Position numbers and translations under genes: made by a program | NCBI GenBank assembly: GCA_964016885.1 | Contig: OZ024743.1 | Coordinates: forward strand, 14,818,001 to 14,882,000 | DNA length: 64,000 nt | DNA from: Eledone cirrhosa | Lineage: Eukaryota | Direction of reading: 5' to 3' | Part shown: piece after piece, positions 1-13,940 of the stretch | Position numbering within the stretch: the stretch's first letter is position 1 | Layout of the letters: the number at the start of each line of letters is the position of its first letter | Notes under the pieces: generated by a model | Told to the model about the DNA's origin: nothing | What the model saw: the letters and a program-made list of their open reading frames with translations, nothing else | Databases searched by the model: none

Positions 1-4
1 ACAT

Positions 5-67
<63 letters not shown>
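1..67. repeat. (CA)n microsatellite
   Basis: Direct dinucleotide run. Confidence 0.95.
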
Positions 68-70
<3 letters not shown>

Positions 71-859
71 GTGCGTTCATTTGCTTTTTTCTTCCTCTCC
101 CCTCACTTTTTATATCTTTTCGTCCAGTTTACTCGTCTTAATGGAGGTTGGTTTACTGTACACCTCACATAAACACACACATACACCTTCTCTCAGACAC
201 ACACACATACACACGTATAGATATAGAATAAAATAAAGAGAATTATACAGGAATATCGCAGGTAAATCCAATACCTGTAATATTTCACGGCTCAGTATAA
301 CAAATTAATGCCACGTTTCACTATGATCTGGTCTTGTGACTTGACAGAAGAAATATATTCAATAATATTTCGATTAGACGGAGAGAAACTGGACATTTTT
401 CATGAATAACCTTCGTGATCAAAATTTAATTCCCAATGGTGGACACTTTTTCATTTACGTCAATAATTCCCTTCAGAAAGATATAAACGTTATAATTTCC
501 AATTTCACCTTCGCTGTAAGATCTAAGACCCTGTGACTATACAAAAATCGTTATTCACATGAGCTTTGTAGCTTCAGCTCTATTTATAATTTAGACGTGC
601 GACTGAATATTTTTGAAGTAAGGAGATTTCCATCAGAAGTGAATTTGAGCGTTTTCGACAATGTTGTGCAGCTTTAGTGAATAGATTTTACTGTCCAGAA
701 AACACATAATAATTCTTCTTTTTAGATCCATCAAGCGTCAATATATTCCGAGGTCACGTTTGATGTGTATTGTGAAGAATATCATTGATAGAGAATGTAA
801 ATATGATACAGGAATCTGGAGAGGTCTGCTAAAACATATCGTGTGGTTGGAAGATTGAG

Positions 860-964
<105 letters not shown>

Positions 965-1399
965 CATTAAGGATACTATTTATGGTTATGTAAATATTAA
1001 AACTGTTTATAGTTATGTATATTTTAAACCCTAAACAGTGAAGGTCAGTAATTTATTACTACCTTATTATCAGTAAGATAAATAGCTCAATGTAATAACA
1101 TCAGTTGTTCTACAGAGCAGTTACATAGAATTCACAAGAATCAAAGCTATGTTCAAAGCATTTATTCACTTACAAGTGTTTCACCAAACATAGGCTTGGC
1201 GTCTTCGGAGCATTTTTCAATGTTTGTAAACATAATTGACTTCCTATTTTTCCGCACACATACTTTGTTGTTCTATACAAAAAATACCTTACCACTACAA
1301 CCACCATAATAAATCTTGCTTACCCGCTTGCATTACATGTAACACCCTGCCACACAATAATTGTTTCTACTTTAGGCACAAGGCCAGCAATTATCCAGT

Positions 1400-1540
1400 G
1401 CATTACTGGTACTTTATTTTATCGACCCCGTAAGGATGAAAGGCAAAGTCAACCTCGGCGGGATTTGAACTCAGATCGTAAAGGGACGTAACTATGCTGG
1501 AAAGCATGGCGTCCGACCCTCTACCGATACTGCCAATCCA
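1400..1540 (-). mobile_element. tRNA-derived SINE fragment (octopus-type)
   Basis: The stretch 'tcgaccccgtaaggatgaaaggcaaagtcaacctcggcgggatttgaactcag' reads on the minus strand as a B-box (GAGTTCAAATCC) followed by a body that I recall as an abundant Octopus SINE (from memory, not searched). Confidence 0.7.
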
Positions 1541-1920
1541 CACACAATAATAGTATAAAAATGAGACACACTTGCATGCTCCATGTGTAAATAACGCATA
1601 CACTACCTACTAGATCTGACTATCAAAATATCCTCTTGCATTATCTGTGTTATCTGCCGAATGTATTTTAATTTTGATTTTTAATTTAATTTTGATTTTG
1701 ATTTTGATTTTGAATTTGAATTGCTGTACAAAAATAGTATAGTATAATATATGTCGCTCCACTGTACATCAATATATATATGTATCTGTATGTCTCTTGC
1801 GTTGGAAAGGAGGTCAATTATGTGAACAAACATTGAAAAATGCTCCGAAGATCCAAGCCTAGGTTTGGATGAAACAATTGTAAGTGAATAAATGCTTTGA
1901 ACATAGCTTTGATTCTTGTA

Positions 1921-2291
<371 letters not shown>

Positions 2292-2866
2292 AAAGGTACA
2301 CAAACTCACACACACACAAACACCCTCACACAGACATACATACACACACTGTGTGTGTGTGAGTTTGTGTACGTTTTGTGGTGGGTTGGGTGAATTGTGT
2401 GCCTGTGTATGCGTTTTTGAGTGTATATAATTAGAGATGTGTCGATAGAGATTTATGTATACATACTTACATATATACATAAAGACATGCAGACATACAT
2501 ACATATATATATATTTAAAGTTTGATTAATACGGAAAATTATTAGTCATAATGTCTGACAAATGCACAGCTTAAAACAATTGCTAAACATAGCTACTGGT
2601 AGAAGTATAAAACAAGTCTATTAATTTAACATTTAAAAGCTTTCATAGGAGGAGTAATACAATGATCCAAGAATAAGAATTGTTAAAACAAAATGCAACC
2701 AAATACCAAGCATACGTATATATGCACATATATAGGAAACATGTCATAACAAGATCTGAAAGTATGTGTTTTACCTTACATAAAGATGGTAAAAGAATTA
2801 TTCTTACTTTTCATATACATATAGACACTAACACGCCCATGCGTACACACACAGACACAAAAACAC

Positions 2867-2932
<66 letters not shown>

Positions 2933-3055
2933 ACACACACACACGCACACACACACACACACGCACACACACACACACACACTTATATATATATATTAAG
3001 ACGAAGTATCTGGTGCAGAATATTAAGGAACCAGAGAAGATTTAATATAGGCGCG

Positions 3056-3655
3056 CGGCCGCTAGAATTGGTTGAGGACTTCCTGTATCTGGGAGCGAAG
3101 ATTGGGAATACAGAAGATGATGTAGTTGAGAGGAAGAGCAAAGCCCGAGCGGCGTGCCACAGTTTGTGATCGTTGTGGAAGCCGGACCTTCGTAAAGACC
3201 TGAAGATCCGTCTCTTTGTTGCTGTAGTGGAATCCGTGCTGCCGTACGGGACTGAAACTTGGACACTGACCAATAAATTCACTCAGATGGCGGATGGGGG
3301 CTACAGGAGAATGCTGAGGATGGCTCTGAACATTAATCAGTATACACTGAGGATGAAGAACACAGAGCTGTAAGGGAGCTCCCAAAGGTCAGCCCGAGAG
3401 TAGCACATAGTAGCACAGAACAGAGGAGACTGAGGTTAGCTGGACATTGTCAGCGACATCCAGAGATGGCACTGAACTCAGTGCTCCAGTAGGAGCCCCT
3501 ACATGGATACACTGGAAGAGGGAGACAGTAGTTTACATATGTTGATGCTCTAAGGACAGACAGACACTGGTCTCTTGGAGACGCAGGACATGGCAGCGAT
3601 GATGAGGGACAGAGACCACTGGAAACAACTTGTCCAGGGATCTCGGGAATGTTAC
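3056..3655 (+). mobile_element. RTE-clade LINE 3' fragment (decayed)
   Basis: Translation gives VEDFLYLGAKIG...KIRLFVAVVESVLPYGTETWTL...YRRMLRMAL...RRLRLAGHC..H, the C-terminal RT region of RTE elements; contains stops and frameshifts. Confidence 0.85.
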
Positions 3656-3681
3656 CTGCCCTATATATATATATATATATA

Positions 3682-5110
3682 TCATAAATCATGTCTATAG
3701 AATCAATCAGATATTAAAATATATACTATTTCTTCTTCTAATTAGCATAATTAACCATATACAAAATCAAATCTAGCAAGCTTTAAGAATAAATTTTCTT
3801 ACGGGAAAATCTCTGACAAACAATTGATCGTAGCCTCTTCGCGGCAGCCCCGTTCCATTATTTATCAAACATTTCGGCAGCATGCAGAATCCGATCAAAT
3901 ATACCGTCAACCACACACAATTAGTAGTAAAATTAAACTTAGAAGAAATGCGCACATAGCGTAATTATATCTCTACCATGGTTTCTTCCTTATATACGAC
4001 ATCCAAATAATATGGAATTGTCCAGAGTTAGGATCATCAGGAGACAAACTCAAAAACAGACATTTAGTCTTCTAACCGCTCGCGCCAAATTTAGATTCAA
4101 AAATGGCTAGAATCGCTATGTAGCTGTGTACCAGCCAGAGAGAAAGCGTGGGATTGGTTGCTTACGGCGGGTAGGCTTGCTGCTAGAAAGCGCAGCCATA
4201 TATCGCCAAATTTAATCTCAACCAATTGGGAGATTATTAAATATAAAGGTTATCATATACATAAAATTAAATTAAAGATATATATATGTTGCAACTGTTC
4301 ACTTTTAAGCTCAATGAAGAATTAATAAATTAAAATCAAAAAATCAGAGCATTATATCATAAATCATGTATATAGAATTAATCAGATATTAAAATATATA
4401 CCATTTCTTCTTCTAATTAGCATAATTAACCATATACAAGATCAAATCTAGCAAGCTTTAAGAATACATTTTCTTACGGGGAAATCTCTGACAAACAATT
4501 GATCGTAGCCTCTTCGCGGCAGCCCCGTTCCATTATTTATCAAACATTTCGGCAGCTGCAGAATCCGATCAAATATACCGTCAACCACACACAATTAGTA
4601 GTAAAATTAAACTTAGAAGAAATGCGCACATACCGTAATTATATCTCTACCATGGTTTCTTCCTTATTTACGACATCCAAATAATATGGAATTGTCCAGA
4701 GTTAGGATCATCAGGAGACAAACTCAAAAACAGACATTTAGTCTTCTAACCGATCGCGCCAAATTTAGATTCAAAAATGGCTAGAATCGCTATGTAGCTG
4801 TGTACCAGCCAGAGAGAAAGCGTGGGATTGGTTGCTTACGGCGGGTAGGCTTGCTGCTAGAAAGCGCAGCCATATATCGCCAAATTTAATCTCAACCAAT
4901 TGGGAGATCATTAAAAATAAAGATTATCATATACATAAAATTAAATTAAAGATATATATATATATGTTACAACTGTTCACTTTTAAGCTCAATGAAGAAT
5001 TAATAAATTAAAATAAAAAATCAGAGCATTATATCATAAGTCATGTCTATAGAATCAATCAGATATTAAATTATATACTATTTCTTCTTCTAATTAGCAT
5101 AATTAACCAT
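3682..5110. repeat. Tandem duplication, ~674 bp unit, about 2.1 copies
   Basis: 'atcataaatcatgt' restarts at ~3681, ~4356 and ~5033; TCATCAG recurs at 4034 and 4708; bounded by (TA)n. Confidence 0.9.
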
Positions 5111-5119
5111 AATTAACCG

Positions 5120-5200
<81 letters not shown>

Positions 5201-5350
5201 GCAAAAGTTTTATTTAAAATTGTTGAGTTACAACGAGTAAATATTTTTTAACTGATATAAAGCACTCAACAAGTTTTGGAGTAGATATACGATATTAAAC
5301 AAGTGGAAACCATATGGTTTTATAAATATAGTTTCCATTTGTTTAATATC

Positions 5351-5394
<44 letters not shown>

Positions 5395-5398
<4 letters not shown>

Positions 5399-6595
5399 TT
5401 CATCCACCGTATGCAGTTCTTTCGTTACAATCAGAGAGATAAAATCAGAGTATATGGAGGAGCCAAACCAAATGGGAAAAAATGGTAATAATGACACAAA
5501 TGGGACCTGCCCCTTGTATATGAGCAAATTTTGGAATAGAATAGAAAGAACTAGGAATGAGGTTAATAGAATAAACTCATGGCATGATAGCAATATATAC
5601 TAGAGTGTAATGTTCATCGACACAACCCCTAGAGGTGAATTAGCTTACAAATTTAGAAGGGCCCTAGATAAATATAAACTCAATATTAAGATAGTAGAAA
5701 GACCAGATACTTCCATAAAAACACTTATTAGCAATACATACCCTTTTCAAAGACCTCCCTGTATAGATAAGAAATGTATAATCTGTAAATTAAGCCCCCA
5801 TATTAACTGTAAAACTATAAATGTAGTATATAGCATAAGATGTACTGAAGGACAATGTAAAGATAAGAATATAGTGTACATTGGTGAGACAGCTCGAGAG
5901 AATAAGGGAACGGATAAATGAACACCGGCGATACATTCAAGATAGTAAAGAATCATCTGTACTCTACCAACATGCTAAAATAGAACATAAGAGTAAATTA
6001 GAGAACATAGAAATAAAAATAGAATCTACACACAGAAAAGACGCAATGTTTAGACAAATCATAGAGGCAATAAGCATAAATGAACTGCAACCAAAATTAA
6101 ATAGAAAACATGTGAGTAATAGCAACATCACAACTTACAATTAAGGACAAAATGAAAGCACACACGCACATAGAACAAATAACCAACCAGTAACATGTAA
6201 ATAAACAAATAAATACACACATATAAGCACACACAGACACCCGGATGTAACACATGCGCAAACTAAGCAATCAACACACACAAAAACAAGATGGTGTAGG
6301 ACGGAACAAAGAAGAGGCACAAAAACAAAGAAAATAATCCCCAGTCACTGAAGAGGTCACATAATGTGTGACGAAATAACTTTGACAATATATAAACAAT
6401 CATCTGGTTGTGGAACCAACCAACCAACCGGAAATTTATAAAGTCCTAAATTTATAAATTTATTACAATAAATTGAAGTGAAAGCAGCTGGTGCGTGTTT
6501 TTTATTGGCAACATGACCCTCCCAAAGTATAACAATATCGGTTTCAACACACGTTTTCAGATAAAGAATCTTGCTAAACAAATTCAGAAACGAAA

Positions 6596-6596
<1 letters not shown>
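5395..6596 (+). mobile_element. Penelope-like element, 5'-truncated: GIY-YIG endonuclease remnant plus 3' pLTR
   Basis: Translation gives MFIDTTPRGEL...CIDKKCIIC...NVVYSIRC...YIGETAR / RERINEH...HAKIEH...RQIIEAISI...LNRK with a frameshift at ~5900; HHR in the terminal region. Confidence 0.88.
6344..6386 (+). ncRNA. Minimal type I hammerhead ribozyme motif
   Basis: gtca-CTGAAGA-g-gtcaca/tgtgac-GAAA-taac-TT-tgac; stem I is gtca/tgac. Confidence 0.75.
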
Positions 6597-6633
<37 letters not shown>

Positions 6634-6711
6634 ATTAAATAAAATACAGAGTTTCTAACTCATATTGATACCCTGCAATTAACAAGCTCAAAGTATAAAT
6701 ACTGAGCATTA

Positions 6712-7008
6712 TATAATAATATATGTAGAAATACATACAGATAATTCAGTCTCTAAAATTACGAGGATAGAAAATACCACAATTGTGGTATTATCTGTTA
6801 CAAGCACAATTTTCAGGGCGAAACATATTAAATCTCTAATCTGTCCGAGAGATGAAATAGTTATTGATACGGTCTGTATAAGGGATTTTTATATCATATG
6901 AAAATATTTTTCATAACTTACGTATGTTTCAGATTAAATATATAAAACAATTGTGGTATTTTCTACCCTCGTAATTTCAGACACTGAATTCTCTGTGTTT
7001 ATTTCTAC

Positions 7009-7018
<10 letters not shown>
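6712..7018. repeat. Small fold-back element with ~75 bp inverted arms
   Basis: 6712-6786 is the diverged reverse complement of 6945-7018; lies between (TA)n tracts. Confidence 0.65.
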
Positions 7019-7042
<24 letters not shown>

Positions 7043-7109
7043 ATGTAAACATTTGAACAGGGACAAAACAGAGAGGCAGTACAATAAATGTTTATTAATT
7101 TCACGCTCA

Positions 7110-7160
7110 GGAGAGTCGGGGGGGGGGGCGTTTCGGGCATAAGCCCTTCCTCAGGTGAGA
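7110..7160 (-). ncRNA. Hammerhead ribozyme motif, cleavage site corrupted by poly-C
   Basis: Minus strand reads CTGAGGA-a-gggc-ttat-gccc-GAAA-cg(c)n-gactctcc. Confidence 0.75.
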
Positions 7161-8379
7161 AGTGTGTGGGAACAGAGTTCAAAAGGTGTGTAGGGGAGAG
7201 GTAGAGAGACATATAGCGAAAGGAAACGGTGCGAATGAAAAAAAAACAAATAAAGATAAAAAATAAAAATAAAGCATGATCAAAATACAAGGAATGAGAA
7301 AATTTAAAAATAAAGGCATGATCAAAATAAACTGTAATTAAAAGGGGGGTAAACAGGTGGTGGAAGGGTGTGGGGTTAGTAGGGGTGGTGGCGGGTGGAG
7401 TGGGGAGAGGGAGATGGGGTGTCCGAGCGGGGAGGGCTGAAGGTGGTGTGTGTGTGTAAGGTGTGCGTGTGTGTGTGTGTGTGTATGTGAAAGTAAGGGT
7501 TGGGGGAAAAACGGGGTTGCATGTTCAGGAAGAGGTGTGTGTGGGGGGTGTTTTTGTGGGTCGGAGTGTCTGCGTGTGTGGATAGGGGGTGGGGGAGAGG
7601 AATCAGGAGGCTGAGGGTGTAAATATATGGTGGGAAGCACGTGTGTGTGGGGTTTAAGCGTGATGTGGGTGTGGGTGGCGTATGGAGAAAAACATTTTTT
7701 TGGGGTGTGTGTGACGATGAGTTATGTAGGTAATTACGCAAGATGATGGTTGAAAAGTTGGTAAGTTCCAAGGATGTTACTAGATTGGTTGTAAGTCAAA
7801 ATCTGCGTGTGGGTAATCCATGAAGTGGTGGTCGGAAGAGGAGAGATGTGGGGTGCGCGCGCAACAGCAAGTGGTCAGCAGTGGGAGTGCTGTGGTCTGT
7901 TGGTGCTGGGAGGTGGCCAGAAGGCACAGCAGCAGTCAGTGGAATGGTAAAAGGGCGAGGATGGGTAGGTGTGAAAGTTAGAGTGAGGAGGGTGTGTGTG
8001 TGTGTGTGTGTATTAGTAGGGGTGTTAGTGGGATGAGTGAGTGTGGAGCAAGGGTGTGGGTGGAGTGGGGAGAGAAGGGTGTGAGTGGTTCTATGGAGGG
8101 AGTGTGGTGTACTGGTGTGTGTGTAGTTTGATGAAGAGGTGTTAGTGGGTGTTAGTATACGGGAGGTGGGGAGTGGTTGAATGCAGGTGTGAGTGGGGGT
8201 TAGTGGTGGTAGGGTGTGTAGAGTTGGTGGTGTACGAGGGTGTGTGGGTACGTGTGCGTGGGGTCGGGGGGGGGGGGTGTTAATGATGTTAGTTGCGTGT
8301 GGGATGGGCGGTGAAAAGGAGGGGTGTGTTAGTGGTGTAATGGCGGATAAGTGTGGGGGGAGGGGGGCGATCGAACGCT

Positions 8380-10560
8380 AAAGGAATAAGGGTGGGGAGT
8401 TCAGGCCGGGGGGAGTGTGGGTCTGTAAGATGAAGATAGTTCATTGTTCGACCGTAAGGCGATGGGCGGGTGTTCCGTGGCACTGGAGTAGGCCACAGAC
8501 TGTGAGATGGCGTGCGGAGCGTCCAAGGCCACCAAAGTGGCGAGCGATGGGGGAACTGCCCCCGATACGAATATCCCGGAGGCGCTGCGTGACTCGGTCC
8601 GCCAGGCGACGTCCCGTCTGTCCGACATAAGTCCGTAGACTAGGTTGGAGGAGGTGCAGCGGAAGGCATGCCGGACCGAGAGAGAGTGGCCGTTGGGACC
8701 CTGGAAGGTGGTGGTGTTGGTGATGTGGGGACAGGTGTTGCAGCGGGGCCTAGAACAGGGAAAGGAACCGGGGGGGGACAGAGCATGGGTTGGGGGGTAG
8801 GGAGCTGTGGACGAAGAGGGTGCGGAGATTGCGTGTACGTTTGAAGGAGGGGAGTGGTGGAGTTGGGAAGATGTGGGAGTTGGAGGGGTCGGACTGGAGG
8901 CGTCAGAAGAGGCGGCGTATGGTGCGCTGGAGGGGTAAGGAGGAGGGGTGGTATGTGATGGGGAAGGGGAGGCGGTGGGTGGGAGTGCGGTGGCGTCGTG
9001 TGAGGGTGGTGGAGCGGGGGACAGCACGGACGCGGGTGAGAGCGGTGTGGACTAGAGAGGCGGGGTAACCTCTGCGGATGAAATGGCTGACTAGGGAAAG
9101 GGCCTGGGACTCAAAGACAGCATCACGGCTACAGAGGCGGCGGATCCTGAGAAGTTGGGAGTAGGGAATGAAGTGTTTAGTGTGGGTGGGGTGGGGTGGG
9201 AAGAGGTGAAGTCGAGGTAAGAGTGGGAGCCGGTTGGTTTGAAGAAGGCGGAGGTGACGAGGGAGTGGTGGGAGGGGTCGAAGGCGACGGAGATATCTAA
9301 GAAGTGGAGGTGGGTGGTGGAGATAGAGGTGGTGAAGTGGAGGGAGGAGTGGAAGGAGCAGAAGTAGGAGAGAAAGGAGTCGAGCTGTTCTCGGGTGAGG
9401 GTCGTGGCTCCGATACAGTCGTCAATGTAACGACCGTACAGTTCGGGCGTCGGGCCGGTGTACTGGGCAAAGATTTGGGCCTCAACATCGCCAACAAAAA
9501 GGTTGGCATAGTTCGGGCCCATTCTTGTGCCCATGGCTACCCCCGTGACCTGTTGGTAAAACTCACCCGAGAAGGAGAAACAATTTAGGGTGAGGAGCAG
9601 CTCGGCGAGGCGAAGGAGGGTGGGGTTGGAGGGAATGGGGGAGGGGCGAAGATCGAGGTAGTGTTTGAGGGCGCGAAGGCCGTCGGCGTGGGGGATGACT
9701 GTATAGAGGGACTTGATGTCTATGGTGAAGAGGAAGGGCTGTGGGCCGGGTAGGTAGGTGAAGGAGTCGGAAAGGCGCAGGGCGTGGTTGGTGTTGGAGA
9801 TGTGGGATGGGAGGGTGGGGACAAGGGGGAGAGGAGGGAGTCGAGAAAGGCGGAGATGAGTTCGGTGGGGCAGTTGCAAGCGGAGACGATGGGGCGGCCG
9901 GGGTTGTCGGGTTTGTGGAGTTTGGGGAGGAAGTAGATGGTGAGGGTGCGGGGGGTGCGGACGATGAGGGGGGAAGCGGTGGGGGGAGGAGGGATGAGGC
10001 GATGAGGTCTTTGATGGTGGAGGAGACTTGTTGTTGGTAGAGGGGGGTGGGATCGGAGGGTAGAGTGCGGTAAAAGAGGGGGTTACAGAGCTGCCTGAGG
10101 GCTTCGGCCGTGTAGAATCCGCGCGCCACACCACTACGGCGCCTCCCTTGTCCGCCGGTTTGATGACGATGTCATCTCGGCTACGGAGGGAGCGGAGAGC
10201 GAGGGGTTCGCCCCGTGAGATATTGTGCCGTTTGGAACGGTGGCGGAAGTCGAAACGATTTACTGCGTTACGGCTGGCATCGACGAAGGCGTCCAGGGTA
10301 CTAAGTTGCCCTGGGGCCGGCGTTCAAGAAGATGGTCGTCGGCCCAGGGCGATAAACGGGTCTGGGGCGTCCGGAGCCGGTGGCGTTCGGCTGAAATGTG
10401 CCTGTAGCTTAGTGCGTCGCACGAATCGCTCGACTTCCGTTCGGGTGCGGAACTCGTCGCTGTGCGGAGTGTGGGGTATGAAGCGAAGGCCTCTACTAAG
10501 GAGTGAGCGCTCAGGTGCGGAGAGGGGGAGGTCAGGGGGTATGGTGACAACAGGGGTGGG
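8380..10560 (-). pseudogene. RT-GIY-YIG ORF of the Neptune-like PLE, frameshifted
   Basis: Pieces in ORFs 10324-10689, 9563-10129, 9091-10134 and 8401-9027; YIDD catalytic motif near 9420. Confidence 0.9.
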
Positions 10561-10597
10561 GTTTCGGTGTTTATATATATATATATATATATATATT

Positions 10598-11290
10598 AGA
10601 GAGAGGTTTTTTTTAGAAAATGAAAAATAACCGAGGTGTCCTACACGAGTGAAAGTATAAAGTACAAAAAGATGAAATCGAAAATGCAACTGGAATCTTA
10701 TTTAAAAAAATATATATACATTTATTTCGTTCCTTTACCGGTTTCGCAATTCTTCTGCTTTCAAAAGAAGAGTTGAGATGGAGGGTCTGTGGTTTTTCTC
10801 ACATCTGGTTGGTCTTTGAATGTTACTTGTTTTATATAGAAAAAGTGGCTCGAAACGCCAGATTTTTAGAGAATTAATGTGATTGGTTGGTCAATAAATA
10901 TAATAAATTTCGTGCCAGTTCGCGTTACAAAGTTCTTCAAACAAGGGAGGGGGGTGTCAGGTTCTTCTTTCATATATGAGTGTTTGAATTTCTTTTTACT
11001 TAAAAAAGGGGGCTCACGAAGGCTTTTTTTTTATAAATGTAATTTGATTCGTTATAAATGAAATTATGGTTGTCACGTGAACAACTTCATTAAAATTCGC
11101 GCCCGTATTTGGGAATTTATTTTGTAGCCTTTTAGAGAATTTTATGACAAGCAAAAGATAATGGTCAAGAGAAATGGGACGGGAGAATTGTTCTGGTTCA
11201 GTGAAAATATGGTTGGTTCTCTGGGGTGTCAGAATTCAGATTTTCTATTGAAATAAAGAAAGTAAAGATATGTATGTTTATCTGTGTGCT

Positions 11291-11322
<32 letters not shown>

Positions 11323-13845
11323 GGAAGATGACTCTATTAGTAGAAATTGGGGAAGGAGTTGTGTGTGTGTGTATATGGGTTTTATGTGTATGTGTGTGGG
11401 GGGGAGTATGTTAAGATAGAGAGAATATATATATTTTGTGTGTGTGTATATGTGTGTATGAAAGTGATTCTATTAGTAGAAATGGGGGCGGGAGTTGTGT
11501 ATCTGGGGGGGGTATGTGTGTGGATGTGTGTGCGGGAGTATGGTTAGCATGTTAAGATGAAGAGAATATATATATTGTGTGTGTGTGTAGGAAAATGATT
11601 CCATTAGTAGGAATATTTTTGAATGAACATATTTTCCTTACTTATTCGTATTTGTTCTGTTGTATTGTCAGCGCAAACGTATGTTAAGGTTTATTTAGTT
11701 CGGGTTTTTATTTTCTAAAGTAGAAGGTGTTATGTGTGTGCGTGTCTGTTTGGATGCTTAGCATGTTATGGTGTTGACATAATGTATATTAAACGATATT
11801 TAATGCTAGTCTATATTTTTGAATAAACATATTTTCCTTATTTATTCGTATTTGTTCTGTTGTATTTTCAGCGCAAGGTAAAATGGTAAGTCTTGGAATT
11901 TGGGTGTCTTATTACTTGCGCATATGTCTAGATGTGCGCTTAGTGGTATCTGTCTCGTGTTTGGTTCTCGTAATTGTTGGCGATGAACTGTCATTCTGTT
12001 TCTGAGTGTGAGTTTAGTTTGTCCTATATAATCTTCATTGCATCCTTTACATTTAATGGCATGAAGTAGATTTTTTGATGAGCAAGTGAGGTGATTTTTT
12101 ACAGCAAAATTTTGTCCTGATTTAAATGTATCCGTGTTGCCTTTAATGAGGTGAGTGCAGGTTCCACAATTAGAGCGACCATATTTTTTGACAGTTGGTT
12201 GTGGGTTTGTGGTAGGTAATTTGGCATTGATGAGTAATGTTTTCAGGGATTTCGGTTGTCTTTTGCTTTTGATTATTTTGTGTGTTTCAAGGGCTTTTTT
12301 CATTCTTGGGTCTTGTTTCAGTAGTGTGATGTTCTTGTGAATAGTGTTGTAAGCTTCCGCCTTTCTTGGGTTGTGTGTTGAGATATATGATAGAATATTG
12401 GACGTATCTTGAATTTGTTTCTGTTTTCGTAATTCATCAATGCCTATTGCCCTTTCTATTCCATTATTTATTAGTAATGGTGGTTACTGTCTTTCGAGTA
12501 GAATTTCCTTTAATTCTTGAAGTCTTTTATTTCGCGTTTCATAATTGGAGACATTTGTGCAAATTCTTCTTGCTAGGTTAAAAGGAATGTTCGTCTTCGT
12601 GTGCTTTGGGTGGTTGGAGGTGAATAGCAGGTATTGTTTGGAATCTGTTGGTTTGTAGTGCATTTCAGTTTCAATATTTGTGAATTTTTTAAAGATTAAG
12701 ATGTTCATAAATGGGAGTTGATCTTGGCTGTATTCCATTGTGAATTGGATGTATTTATTAATGGCGTTTATTAAGTTTTTGAAATCATTCAGTTGGTCAA
12801 GTGTCTGGGACCAAATAATGAGACAATCATCCAAGTAGCGTTTCCAATTCTCTGATAAATATTTGTGGAAGTTAAATCCGTATTTTCATTTAGACTGTTC
12901 ATTTATCTGGTCTTCTAAGTATGCCATGACTAAGTTGGCATAAGTTGGAGTGGTTTTTTTACCCATCGCAGTCGCCGATATTTGCTTGTAAGTACTGCCA
13001 TCGAAATAAAAAAAGTTGTTCTGTAAGATAAATTTTAATCCCTCGGTGATGAAGCTTTTTTCTATTCTGCCAGGTATCTCATTGGGATATTTCTCTAGCC
13101 AGAATCCTATTGCTTCTACTCCGTATTGGTGTGGGATCGTTTTGTAGAGATTCACTACACCAAAAGACACAATAATAGTGTCGTTGTTGACATGTTTGGG
13201 GAGGTGGTTTAAAAGGTTCAAATCGTTTCTTACAAGGCTTGGTATGTGTTTGAAAATTGGTTTTAGTAGTATGTCTATAAAGTTGCTCAGTCTGTGTGTT
13301 TCACATTGTGGGCCCGCTACAATTGGTTTTAATTTAAGGTCTGTAAGGTATTGTGTGTTCACGCATGCCGAGGTGGATTGTTTACAGGCATCGTTAATTA
13401 TTTTACACTTGTCGATCTTCGCAGGTCCGTAAAGGTTACTGGTTTTATATTCAAAATGTGCTAAATAATCGCGTTCCTTTTTAGTTAAGTATTCCTGATA
13501 TCGACAAATGAGTGCGTTTAATCTTGTCATTGTTTTTGATTGCTGGTAATTTTTTACTCTTTCATAGTAATTAGTATTTTGTAAGAGAGAGAACATAGAA
13601 TTTTTATATTTTTCAGCATCCATAATCACAACAGTACTACCATTGTTCGCTTCTTTAATTATAATGTCCGTATTGTTTTTTAGTTCAAGGATAATCTCCT
13701 ATTCCCTTCGACTCGGTTGTGTTTGTGTTTAGGTTGCGGTAGTTCATGGTATGGGAAAGTTCGTGAACGGCGAAACCGGTAAAGAACCAAATAAATATAT
13801 ATATATTTTAGAAAATAAGACTCCAGTTGCATTTTCGATTTCATC

Positions 13846-13852
<7 letters not shown>
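10598..13852 (-). mobile_element. AT-rich Neptune-like Penelope element with 5' inverted partial pLTR
   Basis: ORF pieces 12886-13629 (KPIVAGP..THRLSNFIDILLKP, AMGKKTTPTYANL), 12484-12834 (upstream RYLDDC; KPTDSKQYL) and 11842-12303 (CGTC..NLLHAIKC..YIGQT). 13771-13850 is an inverted copy of 10666-10747. Confidence 0.92.
10731..10770 (-). ncRNA. Hammerhead variant (U3-A8 type, one A short)
   Basis: ttctt-TTGAAA-gcag..ttgc-GAAA-ccgg-TA-aagga. Confidence 0.6.

Positions 13853-13940
<88 letters not shown>

Larger units (their letters stand above)
7043..10570 (-). mobile_element. GC-rich Neptune-like Penelope element (RT, Zn-finger linker, GIY-YIG), disrupted
   Basis: Translation gives LLSRGLRFIP...KPADKGGAVVVW...GRPIVSAC...GVAMGTRMGPNYANLFVG...YGRYIDDCIG...HSYLDFTSSHP...CSRPRCNTC...TSSNLVY/YVGQTGRRLADR; long low-complexity 3' UTR; HHR at the 3' end. 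Confidence 0.92.
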
